DNA of 64,000 nt from an uncultured Gammaproteobacteria bacterium. GTDB lineage: Bacteria; Patescibacteriota; Microgenomatia; CAYSOG01. The notes beneath the pieces are model-generated. The model was not told the DNA's origin and ran no database searches. It saw only the letters and a list, made by a program, of their open reading frames with translations. Where the stretch lies: contig CAYSOG010000001.1 of assembly GCA_964432675.1 (NCBI GenBank), positions 4,523 to 68,522 of the forward strand, written 5' to 3'. The translations under genes and the position numbers were made by a program. Each line of letters begins with the position of its first letter. Position 1 is the first letter of the stretch. Positions 38,237 through 47,873 of the stretch are shown in pieces.

Positions 38237-38316
38237 GCCTATAGAAATACTAATATCTTTGAGGAACTGTTATCCTTACGAGAATTCCCAAGTGGTGTAA
38301 TTGAAGATATAGAAAG

Positions 38317-38817
38317 TTATAATTTGCGGTTGTCGCCTAGTTCTAGAAGGTAATCATTAATGCCGCCGTCGTCTTTCATTTCGCGCAAGGCGCTGCCTTC
38401 ACGGTCTAATTCCAATGCAGCTTCTATTTTGTAAGTCTTGCCGTCTGCGGATGTTTTAAATATATAGCACTGTTTTGGTGCAAGTGGATCTTGGGGCAAC
38501 CTGGGAAAATATTTTTGAATGTTGAGATAGTGGGGGTCGAACTTAAGCCAGCCAGTGCCGTCAACAGCTTGCGATTGGTCACATGAACTGCTAGAAACTG
38601 ATTTTGGAAACAGTGCGACATCGGTTGGCAACGATTTTAACTCTAAATTGATCATATAATCTAAGGAGTACAATTGTGCAAGGCGCTGGTTATTGTGCCT
38701 GATTATTGCTTCATTGGTTGGCATTAAGGCGTAAAAGACTATCGCGCCAAGTACGATAAGAATGATACATGCGATGAGGTAATCGATTTTCCGGCCGTAT
38801 TTTGTGAAGGACTGCAT
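38317..38817 (-). CDS. Hypothetical membrane-anchored protein
   Basis: 166 aa with an N-terminal TM (YLIACIILIVLGAIVFYAL). No family recognised. Confidence 0.4.
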   Translation of the reverse strand: MQSFTKYGRKIDYLIACIILIVLGAIVFYALMPTNEAIIRHNNQRLAQLYSLDYMINLELKSLPTDVALFPKSVSSSSCDQSQAVDGTGWLKFDPHYLNIQKYFPRLPQDPLAPKQCYIFKTSADGKTYKIEAALELDREGSALREMKDDGGINDYLLELGDNRKL

Positions 38818-38948
38818 CCTACATATATTATATAGTGTTATGGCAGAATATGCAGTTTATACTCTCTCTTTTCAGATTAACCTCAGGTAGTACTTGTGTT
38901 TGTAGGGTATACTAAGACACAGCATTCTACGAAAGGTGGTGAACATTT

Positions 38949-39434
38949 TTGCCGAGAAAAACGCTTTTAAGTGCAATTATTTTAATCATATTAGTGGTCG
39001 GTGCAGTGCTTGTAGCAAAAACTGTTTTGAAACCAAACCAGGCTGGCGAAAATAATACAACAGCCATGGGACAAGCAACAGAAAGTGCAATGGCTACGCC
39101 ACAGGAAATGGCAAGTACTTCTGCCATCAGTCCACAACCAACAACAGCTAGTACATCAAACATTAAGTCATTCACCGTAACCGGAAGCAATTTTGCGTTT
39201 AGTCCAAGCACACTGACTGTTTCCAAAGGTGATACGGTGAAAATAACATTTGTCAATTCTGGTGGCATCCATGATTTTGTGATTGACGAATTTAATGCCA
39301 AGACCTCTAAGATACAATCAGGCCAAAGCGAAACTATCCAATTTGTGGCCGATAAGGCTGGGAAATTTAGCTATTACTGCTCTGTTGCTAACCACCGTGC
39401 TATGGGGATGGAAGGGACACTCACCGTACAATAG
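38949..39434 (+). CDS. Cupredoxin (type-1 blue copper) domain protein, membrane-anchored
   Basis: TTG start 8 nt after RBS AAAGGTGGTGA. N-terminal TM. C-terminal cupredoxin with ligand pattern H (GGIHDF)...C-x4-H-x2-M (YYCSVANHRAMGM). Confidence 0.7.
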   Translation: MPRKTLLSAIILIILVVGAVLVAKTVLKPNQAGENNTTAMGQATESAMATPQEMASTSAISPQPTTASTSNIKSFTVTGSNFAFSPSTLTVSKGDTVKITFVNSGGIHDFVIDEFNAKTSKIQSGQSETIQFVADKAGKFSYYCSVANHRAMGMEGTLTVQ

Positions 39435-39516
39435 TGCGTTATAGCTTGTCACTAGAAATTAGCAAAGTCTTCAAAGTAGGCGGAATGGGAAAGGGTTTGT
39501 ATAGGGCGTATTAAAT

Positions 39517-40317
39517 TTAGCTTAGTAAGACGCCGCCATCGACGACGATTTGTGCGCCAGTCATGTACGATGACATATCAGAAGCTAAAAAGAGTGCAAC
39601 TTTGCCGATATCATCTGGTTCACCCATACGGTGCATTGGAATTTTTGCTAAAAACGCTTCAATAAACTTTGCCATGTCAATTGTTGATGCTGATTGGTCC
39701 TTTGGATGAGTTCCAGGTGTATCAATACCGCCTGGGGCAATAGCGTTCACCCAGATTTTATGGGGCGCCAATTCCAGTGCACTATTTTTCGTAAATCCCC
39801 ACATACCATGCTTTGATGAGTCATAGTGGGCTAGTCCGACCATAGAAGGATGTAACGCATCTATTGAGGTAATATTAATGATTTTGCCACCCTTGCCTTG
39901 TTTTATCATTTGGGCTGCGGCATATTTAGTGCAAAGAAAAGTTCCTTCTAAGTTTACCTTGATAACCCTTTCAAAATCGGAAGCTTGCATATTCATGACC
40001 GGTATGTTTGGGTAAATGCCAGCGTTGTTAACCAGAATATCAAGTGAACCAAAAGTTTTGACCGTTTCCTCAACCATGCCTTGGATGTCTAACTCGCGCC
40101 CAATATCAACACTTACGGCATGAGCAGTAAAGCCCTTGTCAGACAGCTGTTTTTGTGCCTCCTTGGCCTTATCTTCCTGCATGTCGGCAATGACAACCTT
40201 GGCTCCAGCTTCGGCTAACCGATAGGCAATACCAAATCCAATACCAAGGGCTCCACCAGTAACAACTGCAGTTTTTCCAGAGAGACTAAGTAGATGTGCA
40301 TTCGGTACCATATCCAT
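39517..40317 (-). CDS. SDR family NAD(P)-dependent oxidoreductase
   Basis: TGGALGIG Rossmann motif, NNAG, and the catalytic YxxxK region (HYDSSKHG). Confidence 0.85.
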   Translation of the reverse strand: MDMVPNAHLLSLSGKTAVVTGGALGIGFGIAYRLAEAGAKVVIADMQEDKAKEAQKQLSDKGFTAHAVSVDIGRELDIQGMVEETVKTFGSLDILVNNAGIYPNIPVMNMQASDFERVIKVNLEGTFLCTKYAAAQMIKQGKGGKIINITSIDALHPSMVGLAHYDSSKHGMWGFTKNSALELAPHKIWVNAIAPGGIDTPGTHPKDQSASTIDMAKFIEAFLAKIPMHRMGEPDDIGKVALFLASDMSSYMTGAQIVVDGGVLLS

Positions 40318-40357
40318 ACATTTTTAGACTACATAGTTTTAAGAAGAAATGCAAGAT

Positions 40358-41101
40358 TTACCTAAGGTGTTGGGCCAAAAAGGTAAGCGTTTTGTGCCAA
40401 GAGTCTACTGCGGCTTCTTTATTGTAGGTGGCAGGATTGGTATCGTTGAAAAAAGCATGGCCAGTATTGGGGTAAACGATGTCTACAAATTGTTTGCCAT
40501 ATTTTGCCATGGCGTCTTTTAGTTGGGGCAATGATGCCATAAGCTTTGTGTCTTGTTCTCCATAAAAGGCAAGCACAGGACACTTCATTGCCTTGATTTT
40601 CTCGAGTGGTTCAGGTGGTCGTCCGTAAAATGGTACGGCTGCTTTAAGGCCAACACCAGTGCAGGCTAAAGCGAAGCTATAAGTACCACCGAAGCAAAAG
40701 CCAACAATCGCAATTTGTCCGTTTGACCTTGGATGATTATAAAGGTAAGAAAACACGGCTTGTAATTTACCAACCGTTTCTGCCCCAAATTCCGGTGAAT
40801 GGACAGGCGCTGTTGCCTCGCGCATTTGTTTCTGTGCATCGTCGCGTGTCGCAGGGTTTTGCATCTTTGCAAGCAAATCTTGGCTAATTTTTTCCGTTAC
40901 ACCACTTTTAGACAAAAGGTCTGGCGCCAAAACAATATAGCCCTGTTGCATGAACCGATTGGCGATGTCTTTTATATGGTCGTTCAAGCCCCAGATTTCA
41001 TGGATTAAGATTATAGCGGCATGCTTTGCCTTATCATCAGGTGCAGCCAAATAAGCGTTTATTTTGCCATTATCGAATTCCACTGAAAAGTTAGATCCCA
41101 T
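40358..41101 (-). CDS. Dienelactone hydrolase family protein
   Basis: IILIHEIWGLNDHIKDIANRFMQQGYIVLAPDL and the nucleophile elbow GFCFGG. C-terminal His. Confidence 0.8.
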   Translation of the reverse strand: MGSNFSVEFDNGKINAYLAAPDDKAKHAAIILIHEIWGLNDHIKDIANRFMQQGYIVLAPDLLSKSGVTEKISQDLLAKMQNPATRDDAQKQMREATAPVHSPEFGAETVGKLQAVFSYLYNHPRSNGQIAIVGFCFGGTYSFALACTGVGLKAAVPFYGRPPEPLEKIKAMKCPVLAFYGEQDTKLMASLPQLKDAMAKYGKQFVDIVYPNTGHAFFNDTNPATYNKEAAVDSWHKTLTFLAQHLR

Positions 41102-41505
41102 ATCCTCAAAATTATATCACCCAGGAGAAGTAATTATAGATAGGCACCGAAGTTCTGTGCAGCCATAATTTTACTAGTGTACAATAAATTGCATGCAATC
41201 GATTGTGCCAATATTTAGTAATTTTAATGGGAGCATACAACCTATTTTGTATGCCATAAGTCACCCGCTGCCATTCGTTTTTTACTTTGTCGGTGGAATA
41301 TTCAATAGCATTCGGCAAGTACAAGACAATGCCGCATCGGCAGTTTTTGGCTTCCGGGCATATATTTGGTCTGTATCAGGGCAACTACAAGATACGATTG
41401 TAGCTACCCTTTCCCAAATCCCCCTATTAAAACCGCTTATTATGGCTGTAATGCAAAAGTAATATTTCCTAAAAATCCTTCTGAATTAGCTGATGTGTAT
41501 CGTGG

Positions 41506-43335
41506 CTATTTATATTCAATAACATAAAAATCAGGATCACCGTTTGGGTAGCGGATAACGGATTTTAACAAGGGGGATTGGTTATACGCCTGCGAGATTA
41601 ATGGTTCATTCGTACTTAGTGCATCAGCTGCAATGATCGCCAGTGTCCCCTTGGGTACTATGCTTGCGAGAAAATAATCACGCCAACTTCGTTCACCTGG
41701 GGCCAAGATGTAGATATTGCCGAATCGATTGCCACTGACATTTGGGATAAACTGCTGTGTTTTGAGAGGAAGGCTTTTTTGAAACACTGACGGTTGGACT
41801 TTGCTGTAAAAAAGATACGCCATGAGTGCCGAATCATGATGGGCATCTATTATAATTGTATCGTAGTTTGGGCTTTGTGTGATGGCCAGTTTGACTGCCT
41901 GATCAAATCCGTAATTGAAATATGGTGCACTTTCTTGTCGGTAGACACTAAAGTAGTAGTTGTAAAAATTTAATACTTCAATCGACCAGATTGCGGCGAA
42001 CAAAATAATCGCAAGAACTTTTATTTTTCCACGGAGAATGGTAAATAAGTACAAGATACCGCAGCTTGCCACAAATCCGAGCGCCGGTACCATAAAAAAT
42101 AAACGAGACGCATGCGAACCGCCGTCACGGGTTAAGGCTGAAGGAATTGGTGCTAACAATAGCCAAATAAGTAAAATCCACACTGGTTTGCCTAATTTTT
42201 GCCTCTCTACGACAAGGTAAGTAAAGCCAAATAATAATACTAATGACATAATGCGGTACATTTCCCCAAGACCATCTTTGGCGGGGGATTGGCGTAAATT
42301 CGGGTCACCATTAATAAACAGGAAATGTATAGAAAATGCTTCAAGATAATTAGTCGTAAACTTGTCGATAATATAGAAAGGCTTGTTAATTAACACCTTG
42401 TCAATCAAGCGGGGCTTGAGTCCAATTTCCTTTTTCGCACCCGAACTTAGTTCTGAGAGTTCACGCTGATAATTAATTTGTGTAGCGATTGTTGGGTCGG
42501 TAAAGATAGAGGTTTCCAAAAATCGCTGGTTGCCCTTGCCTTCGAGATTTTGTGTTACTGCCGGAAAGACAATGAAAAAAAGTACTAATGTTGCACCTAT
42601 AAGATACTTTTTTTTGAATTGCATAAGCTGACGCCAATAGAATGCTAGCAATGTTAGTAATACCATAGGGGCAAATAATTTTGCGGTGCTGTAAGTATAT
42701 GGGAGTAAACCAAAGCAAATTGCAGAAACAAAAATCCATTTTCGATTTTTATCAAGCGCGTTAAAAAAACTATACAATCCAAATACAGCAATCGGAAGTT
42801 GGCTTACTACTTCAAACGCCATGCGGCTATATTGGAAGTACCAAGGTGAAACACCAAGTACCAACGCTGGAATCCAAGCCCATTTCTCACTTTTAAATAT
42901 TTTTGAGGCTAAAAGATAGGTTGTAATAATGCCGATAAGACTAAAGATAACCGCGGGTAACCGAACAGCCGTTGCAGTGAGGCCAAATAGTGCCACGAAT
43001 GGTACGGTCGCATAGATATAAAGTGGTGTTCGATACTCGGCAAAGGAATGTAGCTGAAGCGGCAAGAAATTACCAAAATAGTCTTTGCCGGTTTTTAGTA
43101 AGGAAAATGCTTGGTAACCGACGTCCATTTCATCCCAATAAAGCCCCGAAGGGAGTTTCGAAAGTTGCCACAAACGTAAAATTGCTGCAACAATTAGTAT
43201 GATAATAAGTATTATTCTCGGCCGTTTATTTTCAAAGATGATTTTGGAAAAACGGTTACTGAGTTTTTTTTGTCGTTGACCTTGGGCCATGATGTACAAA
43301 GCATACGGTGAAGTGATGAAGAGGTCAAGCGGCAA
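41506..43335 (-). CDS. GT-C glycosyltransferase family 39/83-like (PMT/ArnT-type polyprenyl-phosphate-sugar transferase)
   Basis: RLWQLSKLPSGLYWDEMDVGYQAFSLL (the DE motif in the first periplasmic loop) and more than 10 TM helices. Confidence 0.75.
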   Translation of the reverse strand: MPLDLFITSPYALYIMAQGQRQKKLSNRFSKIIFENKRPRIILIIILIVAAILRLWQLSKLPSGLYWDEMDVGYQAFSLLKTGKDYFGNFLPLQLHSFAEYRTPLYIYATVPFVALFGLTATAVRLPAVIFSLIGIITTYLLASKIFKSEKWAWIPALVLGVSPWYFQYSRMAFEVVSQLPIAVFGLYSFFNALDKNRKWIFVSAICFGLLPYTYSTAKLFAPMVLLTLLAFYWRQLMQFKKKYLIGATLVLFFIVFPAVTQNLEGKGNQRFLETSIFTDPTIATQINYQRELSELSSGAKKEIGLKPRLIDKVLINKPFYIIDKFTTNYLEAFSIHFLFINGDPNLRQSPAKDGLGEMYRIMSLVLLFGFTYLVVERQKLGKPVWILLIWLLLAPIPSALTRDGGSHASRLFFMVPALGFVASCGILYLFTILRGKIKVLAIILFAAIWSIEVLNFYNYYFSVYRQESAPYFNYGFDQAVKLAITQSPNYDTIIIDAHHDSALMAYLFYSKVQPSVFQKSLPLKTQQFIPNVSGNRFGNIYILAPGERSWRDYFLASIVPKGTLAIIAADALSTNEPLISQAYNQSPLLKSVIRYPNGDPDFYVIEYK

Positions 43336-43395
43336 TTATAGTATAGTGTTCATCCCCATTTAAGCCGGTGTGAGAGCAAAAAAGGCATTATACTG

Positions 43396-44226
43396 TTGAA
43401 CAACAGTAAAAAAGCAGTCGGCCGAGAATTGCAAAAATATCATTGTGATCATACAATACAATCACTTATGAAATCACATAGCACCAAAATGATTAATGAT
43501 ACGCCGGTTGAAATCGAAACGTTTGACCCAAAAGGCAAGCGTATTTTAATGATAAGCGCCCATCCTGACGATGCCGATTTCGGCGCCAGCGGCACGCTTG
43601 TAAAATGGCTGAAAGAAGGGGCAAAGGCCGCTATTGTCATTTGTACGAACGGTGATAAAGGGTCGAGTGATCCAAAACTGACAAGCAAAGAGTTAGCAAA
43701 AGTCAGGCACGACGAGCAACTTGCAGCCAGTAAGTTTTTAGGGTTAGACAATACGTGGTTTTTAGATTATCCCGATGCCCATTTGGAAGTAACCCAAGAG
43801 TTAAAAGAAAAACTAGTCCGTATTATTCGTGAGTATAAACCCGATGCTATTATGACTTTTGATCCAACAATGGTGTATTCTGTTGTCCGCGGCACGATCA
43901 ACCATCCCGACCACCGGGCCGTTGGACAAGCGGCGCTTGATGCCATTTTTCCTATGGCACGTGACTTTTTAACATTTCCAGGTCATGGAAAAGAAGGCTT
44001 ACAACCGCATAAAGTAATCGACATTTTTCTTTACAACTTTGATAAAGCCAATTTCTTCGTTGATATTAGCCAAACAATTGACACAAAACTAGCCGTATTA
44101 GCCACCCACAAAAGCCAAGTCAATTTTCCTGATACCGAAACATGGTTACGTGAATGGAATCACAGAAACGGCAAAAAAATCGGTGTTGAATACGCTGAAG
44201 GCTTTGTTCATATCCACCTACACTAA
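43396..44226 (+). CDS. PIG-L/LmbE family N-acetylglucosaminyl deacetylase
   Basis: ILMISAHPDDADFGASGTL (HPDD motif) and HPDH. Confidence 0.8.
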   Translation: MNNSKKAVGRELQKYHCDHTIQSLMKSHSTKMINDTPVEIETFDPKGKRILMISAHPDDADFGASGTLVKWLKEGAKAAIVICTNGDKGSSDPKLTSKELAKVRHDEQLAASKFLGLDNTWFLDYPDAHLEVTQELKEKLVRIIREYKPDAIMTFDPTMVYSVVRGTINHPDHRAVGQAALDAIFPMARDFLTFPGHGKEGLQPHKVIDIFLYNFDKANFFVDISQTIDTKLAVLATHKSQVNFPDTETWLREWNHRNGKKIGVEYAEGFVHIHLH

Positions 44227-44243
44227 ATTGGTAGAGAGGCATG

Positions 44244-44271
44244 AAAAAAGCCCCGGCTTATGAGCCGGGGC
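44244..44271 (-). terminator. Intrinsic terminator (GCCCCGGCT-tatg-AGCCGGGGC; T-run on minus strand)
   Basis: 9-bp GC stem. AAAAAA on the plus strand precedes it, so it points at the minus-strand genes 44296-44927. It may also act weakly for the plus-strand PIG-L gene. Confidence 0.6.
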
Positions 44272-44295
44272 TTGCTATATAGCAAATTAGACTGG

Positions 44296-44478
44296 TCACA
44301 GAACCGGGTCGCGTTTATCGTGTTCGTCCCGGTCAATTGCTTCTTGGCTTTTCCACACTAAAGCAAAAAAATTGTATCTAACACTGAATCCTTTTACTTC
44401 CCAACCGTCCAATTCTAATTCATTAAGTCTGCGCGATAACTTAAATTCATCTGAATTTGATACCACCATAAACGGCAT
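44296..44478 (-). CDS. Small DUF4177-like protein (60 aa)
   Basis: LNELELDGWEV...FALVWK resembles the DUF4177 pattern (LNELGEEGWEL). Confidence 0.4.
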   Translation of the reverse strand: MPFMVVSNSDEFKLSRRLNELELDGWEVKGFSVRYNFFALVWKSQEAIDRDEHDKRDPVL

Positions 44479-44516
44479 AGTTTAACCACTCCTTAATGTG
44501 CAGGGCTTGAGGCAGA

Positions 44517-44927
44517 CTACTTTTGTAGTGTCCAGTATTTGAGCTGCAACAATTCATCTTCAGACCCTGCGATATCAGGCCCTTCGCTAACATGGTACCT
44601 GAGATGGCAATGCTCCAGGCCCTGAAGTGATGAAATCGGCACGAGGATAATGGATGGAGCGTGGTCGCGGGTTGAGGAGCTAAACTCTTGCAGCATTGCA
44701 TTAATTGCTGCTGAGCTTTCAGAATCCTCTGAAGAAAGCTCTAATATCCATCTGCCATCTTCATCTTTGGCAAGAATTGCTTCAAGTTTGACCTTTTGTT
44801 TAGTCGTCACTACTTTTTCCTTGCATGATTGTATGATCGGCTTATCTATCTTCCAAGATTTTGAGTGCGCCGTCGGCGCCTGGGACATGCCGGACGTAGA
44901 ACATAAGTGCCGATATAATTCCAGCAC
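44517..44927 (-). CDS. Hypothetical protein
   Basis: 136-aa ORF upstream of the DUF4177-like gene. Acidic. No family recognised. Confidence 0.35.
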   Translation of the reverse strand: MLELYRHLCSTSGMSQAPTAHSKSWKIDKPIIQSCKEKVVTTKQKVKLEAILAKDEDGRWILELSSEDSESSAAINAMLQEFSSSTRDHAPSIILVPISSLQGLEHCHLRYHVSEGPDIAGSEDELLQLKYWTLQK

Positions 44928-45121
44928 CAGACTTGTCCTTCATGGACAATTACCTACCCTCCTAATCTATCAACATGATGCTGAAGGTATGTGGGATACT
45001 CGATGTTAACGTACCAATTGCAAGCGCAATTGAATAGGCAAATTATAGAAGTACTAGCCGTAATTAGCAACGATGTTTTCAAGTCAAGTTCCTTCGATAT
45101 GATATATTAGAATAACGAACA

Positions 45122-46339
45122 ATGGATACTATGAAACTGCCTAAGATTTCCTCTACTGGTAACAACAATGCAGGGTTTGCCCAATTGGTTATTGTATTAG
45201 TTCTGTTAGCTGCGGTTAGTAGTTTTGTGGTTGTGCGGCACATTGTCCAAACACAATCAAAAACAACTAACACCCATTCTCTTGATACCTCATATCTTTC
45301 AGTACTCGGTAGCTTCAAGGCACTTAAGCAAAAAGCCCAAGATGATGGACAAAAAGGTGCATCAACGTCTGCAGTTGTGGCGCAATTTCCACAGATATTG
45401 CTATTTGTTAAGGAAAACCAAAACGATAATGCTTTGAAGCTGATTGCAAGCTTGTCGGCGCAACTTGATGCAAACCTGGCTGCAAAATTGGAAGCAGATC
45501 GTATTGCTTCCGAAGCTGCTAAGAAGAAAGCCCAACAAGATGCTGCGCGACAAGCTGCCGTTGCAGTCCAGCAAACTCCTGTGGCAACGCCAGCTCCAGC
45601 CCCAGCGCCTAGTAATCCACCGCCAACCCAAACAGCGGGGAATGGCTATTCACACATTACCGTCTCGAATGATCATGGTAGTTTTGCCGTTGACGTTATT
45701 AAAGTTGATTTAGGTTCTGGTGACAGAATTATTACGGATAGTGGCAACACTACAGACTGTGCTGATGGTTGTATCGCCTTACCATTTACCGAATATCTTA
45801 ACCGCAATAACGCTTATGCCGGCATGAACGGGACCTATTTTTGTCCGCCAGATTACTCATTTTGTGATGGCAAAACTAATTCATTTAATTGGTTTGTCTT
45901 TAATTATCCGGCCAAGACATTTTTGAATGCCGATAAAAGGGATTACTCAAATGCTGGCAGTTTATTCGTTTTTCGGCCGGGGTCGGTTACGTTTTACCGA
46001 AATCCGCAATCGTTTGGGCTAGATACTTCTATCACTGGTGCAATTGCTTCATTCCCGACAATGCTGGCTGACGGCGCTTGGGTATTAGATGACAGTTTAA
46101 TGGATGATAAACAGCGTACCACCAAGGGTAACCGAGGTGGTTTAGGTAATAGCGGCAACACTGTCTATTTAGTTATTGCCCATAATGCGACAGTGCCAGA
46201 CTTGGCCTCGGTGATGCAAACCATGGGTATTACAAACGCGGTTAATTTGGATGGCGGTGGTTCCTCAACAATGTACGATGGTGGTTTTAAGGATGGCCCC
46301 GGCCGCCAACTACCTAATGTAATCCTCGTAGCCCACTAG
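45122..46339 (+). CDS. Phosphodiester glycosidase family protein (NAGPA-like, DUF2233)
   Basis: N-terminal TM, coiled-coil/Ala-Pro linker, then the C-terminal NLDGGGSSTM motif typical of the phosphodiester glycosidase domain. Confidence 0.7.
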   Translation: MDTMKLPKISSTGNNNAGFAQLVIVLVLLAAVSSFVVVRHIVQTQSKTTNTHSLDTSYLSVLGSFKALKQKAQDDGQKGASTSAVVAQFPQILLFVKENQNDNALKLIASLSAQLDANLAAKLEADRIASEAAKKKAQQDAARQAAVAVQQTPVATPAPAPAPSNPPPTQTAGNGYSHITVSNDHGSFAVDVIKVDLGSGDRIITDSGNTTDCADGCIALPFTEYLNRNNAYAGMNGTYFCPPDYSFCDGKTNSFNWFVFNYPAKTFLNADKRDYSNAGSLFVFRPGSVTFYRNPQSFGLDTSITGAIASFPTMLADGAWVLDDSLMDDKQRTTKGNRGGLGNSGNTVYLVIAHNATVPDLASVMQTMGITNAVNLDGGGSSTMYDGGFKDGPGRQLPNVILVAH

Positions 46340-46417
46340 AAAAATCTTACTGTGTATGTTACTATTCATCGCGCAACCTTAAAATCTAGCCTTAAATTGC
46401 TTATGGAGGATAGGTAG

Positions 46418-46621
46418 TTGCTCGTCACTAATGCCTCAGTGAAGGATGACCTAAAATTTGAGCATGAATTACTGACACAATTTTTATCCGTCACCGATGA
46501 CCTATACAGCAAAGTTAATGCACAACTCCGAATGCTTAATAGTCCACTAAAACTACGGCATCGAAATTTTGCTGTGATTAGTAGGCGATTAAATGAACTA
46601 GATCACGATTTAGCCGATTAA
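46418..46621 (+). CDS. Small hypothetical protein (67 aa, TTG start)
   Basis: ORF followed immediately by a strong intrinsic terminator. Confidence 0.3.
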   Translation: MLVTNASVKDDLKFEHELLTQFLSVTDDLYSKVNAQLRMLNSPLKLRHRNFAVISRRLNELDHDLAD

Positions 46622-46628
46622 TTGCTAG

Positions 46629-46657
46629 CCCCAGGAAAACAACCTGGGGCTTTTTCT
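46629..46657 (+). terminator. Intrinsic terminator (CCCCAGG-aaaacaa-CCTGGGG + CTTTTTCTT)
   Basis: 7-bp GC stem followed by a T-run. Confidence 0.7.
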
Positions 46658-46687
46658 TAAGCAAAACCTCTTACTCGCAGTAAGCCA

Positions 46688-47863
46688 TTGACTAGAGATA
46701 TAATAGGAGAAATGGCTGGTACTTCCAAAATAAATCGAATTATTGAACTTGATATGTTACGCGGTATTGCGATTATTGCGGTCATTGGCACACATATCAC
46801 AACGCTGGTCTTACAAGTTTATACTGAACAGCGGCATATAATTGACTTCGGTACACAACTAAGCCACTTCTTTAACCAGTTCTTCAGATTTTCGGTTCCG
46901 CTTTTTCTATTATTATCCGGCCTTACGCTAACCTTGTCTCAAGAACGTCGTGGCTTAAACCTCTTTCGGTTTTACGAAAAGCGTTTTGTTAAAATTTTAG
47001 CGCCTTACGTTCTGTGGACAGTATTTTTTACCTACTACTTGAGTACTTCTGTCGCGACAATTTCATTGCAGACCATTTACCACAACATCCTCTACGGTGA
47101 TGCAGATTATCATCTCTATTTTATGGTTGTTATTCTACAGTGCTATTTGGTATTTCCGTTGTTTTATTCGCTGCTTAAAAAATGTTCGACAACTTGGCGC
47201 CAAGCTATTGTAATTTTACTCATTTTATTACAAGGGTTACTCTACTTCTTTTTTGAACTATACAAAGTTCGTAATTACCAAATTGATGAATACCATGCTT
47301 TCCGCTTTGCGGGATTTTGGTTTATCTATTTCCTATTAGGTATTGCTTGTGGATTGTCGTACGAAACAATCTCTGCGTTTATAAAAAGGATGTGGTTGCC
47401 ACTTATCCTCTGCTTTGGCTTGGTAACCTTTGGAATAGTATATTGGGAGGCCAATGATTACTTTAAGATTTCCCATTATGCTATTTTGAACTACTTCCGT
47501 CCTTCGGTTTTAGTTTATGCATTGGCGAGTTTTTTGGTACTATATCGATTAACAGGTATACTCGTCCAAACGGCAGGTTTTGGATTAGTGAAAAGTTTCC
47601 TCCTAAAAATAGGCGGTTATTCTTTTGGTATTTACTTTATTCATACTTTAGTGATACGGAAAGTAATGGCGACCGGGTTGATACAACCATTACCAAGCAG
47701 TGCTGCGTTTGTGGCATTGTTTATTGGGACGACCGGTATTAGCTTTGCACTCCTCTTCTTTTACCACAAGCTTCTTCGCAGTGTTTCGGATAGTTATGTA
47801 TTGATAAGAAGAAGAATAAGGCAGCCGAAGGTATTTTCACCTGGAAAACCGCCGGTTATATAA
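46688..47863 (+). CDS. Acyltransferase family 3 (OatA/OafA-like) membrane protein
   Basis: ELDMLRGIAIIAVIGTHI is the acyltransferase_3 signature. Ten TM helices. Confidence 0.8.
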   Translation: MTRDIIGEMAGTSKINRIIELDMLRGIAIIAVIGTHITTLVLQVYTEQRHIIDFGTQLSHFFNQFFRFSVPLFLLLSGLTLTLSQERRGLNLFRFYEKRFVKILAPYVLWTVFFTYYLSTSVATISLQTIYHNILYGDADYHLYFMVVILQCYLVFPLFYSLLKKCSTTWRQAIVILLILLQGLLYFFFELYKVRNYQIDEYHAFRFAGFWFIYFLLGIACGLSYETISAFIKRMWLPLILCFGLVTFGIVYWEANDYFKISHYAILNYFRPSVLVYALASFLVLYRLTGILVQTAGFGLVKSFLLKIGGYSFGIYFIHTLVIRKVMATGLIQPLPSSAAFVALFIGTTGISFALLFFYHKLLRSVSDSYVLIRRRIRQPKVFSPGKPPVI

Positions 47864-47873
47864 GGAAATTGCT

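Noticed and set aside
41193-41462. 89-aa plus-strand ORF in the 400-bp gap between two minus-strand genes
   Set aside because: No SD, an atypical composition, and it lies where the promoter of the dienelactone hydrolase gene is expected. Kept only as intergenic.
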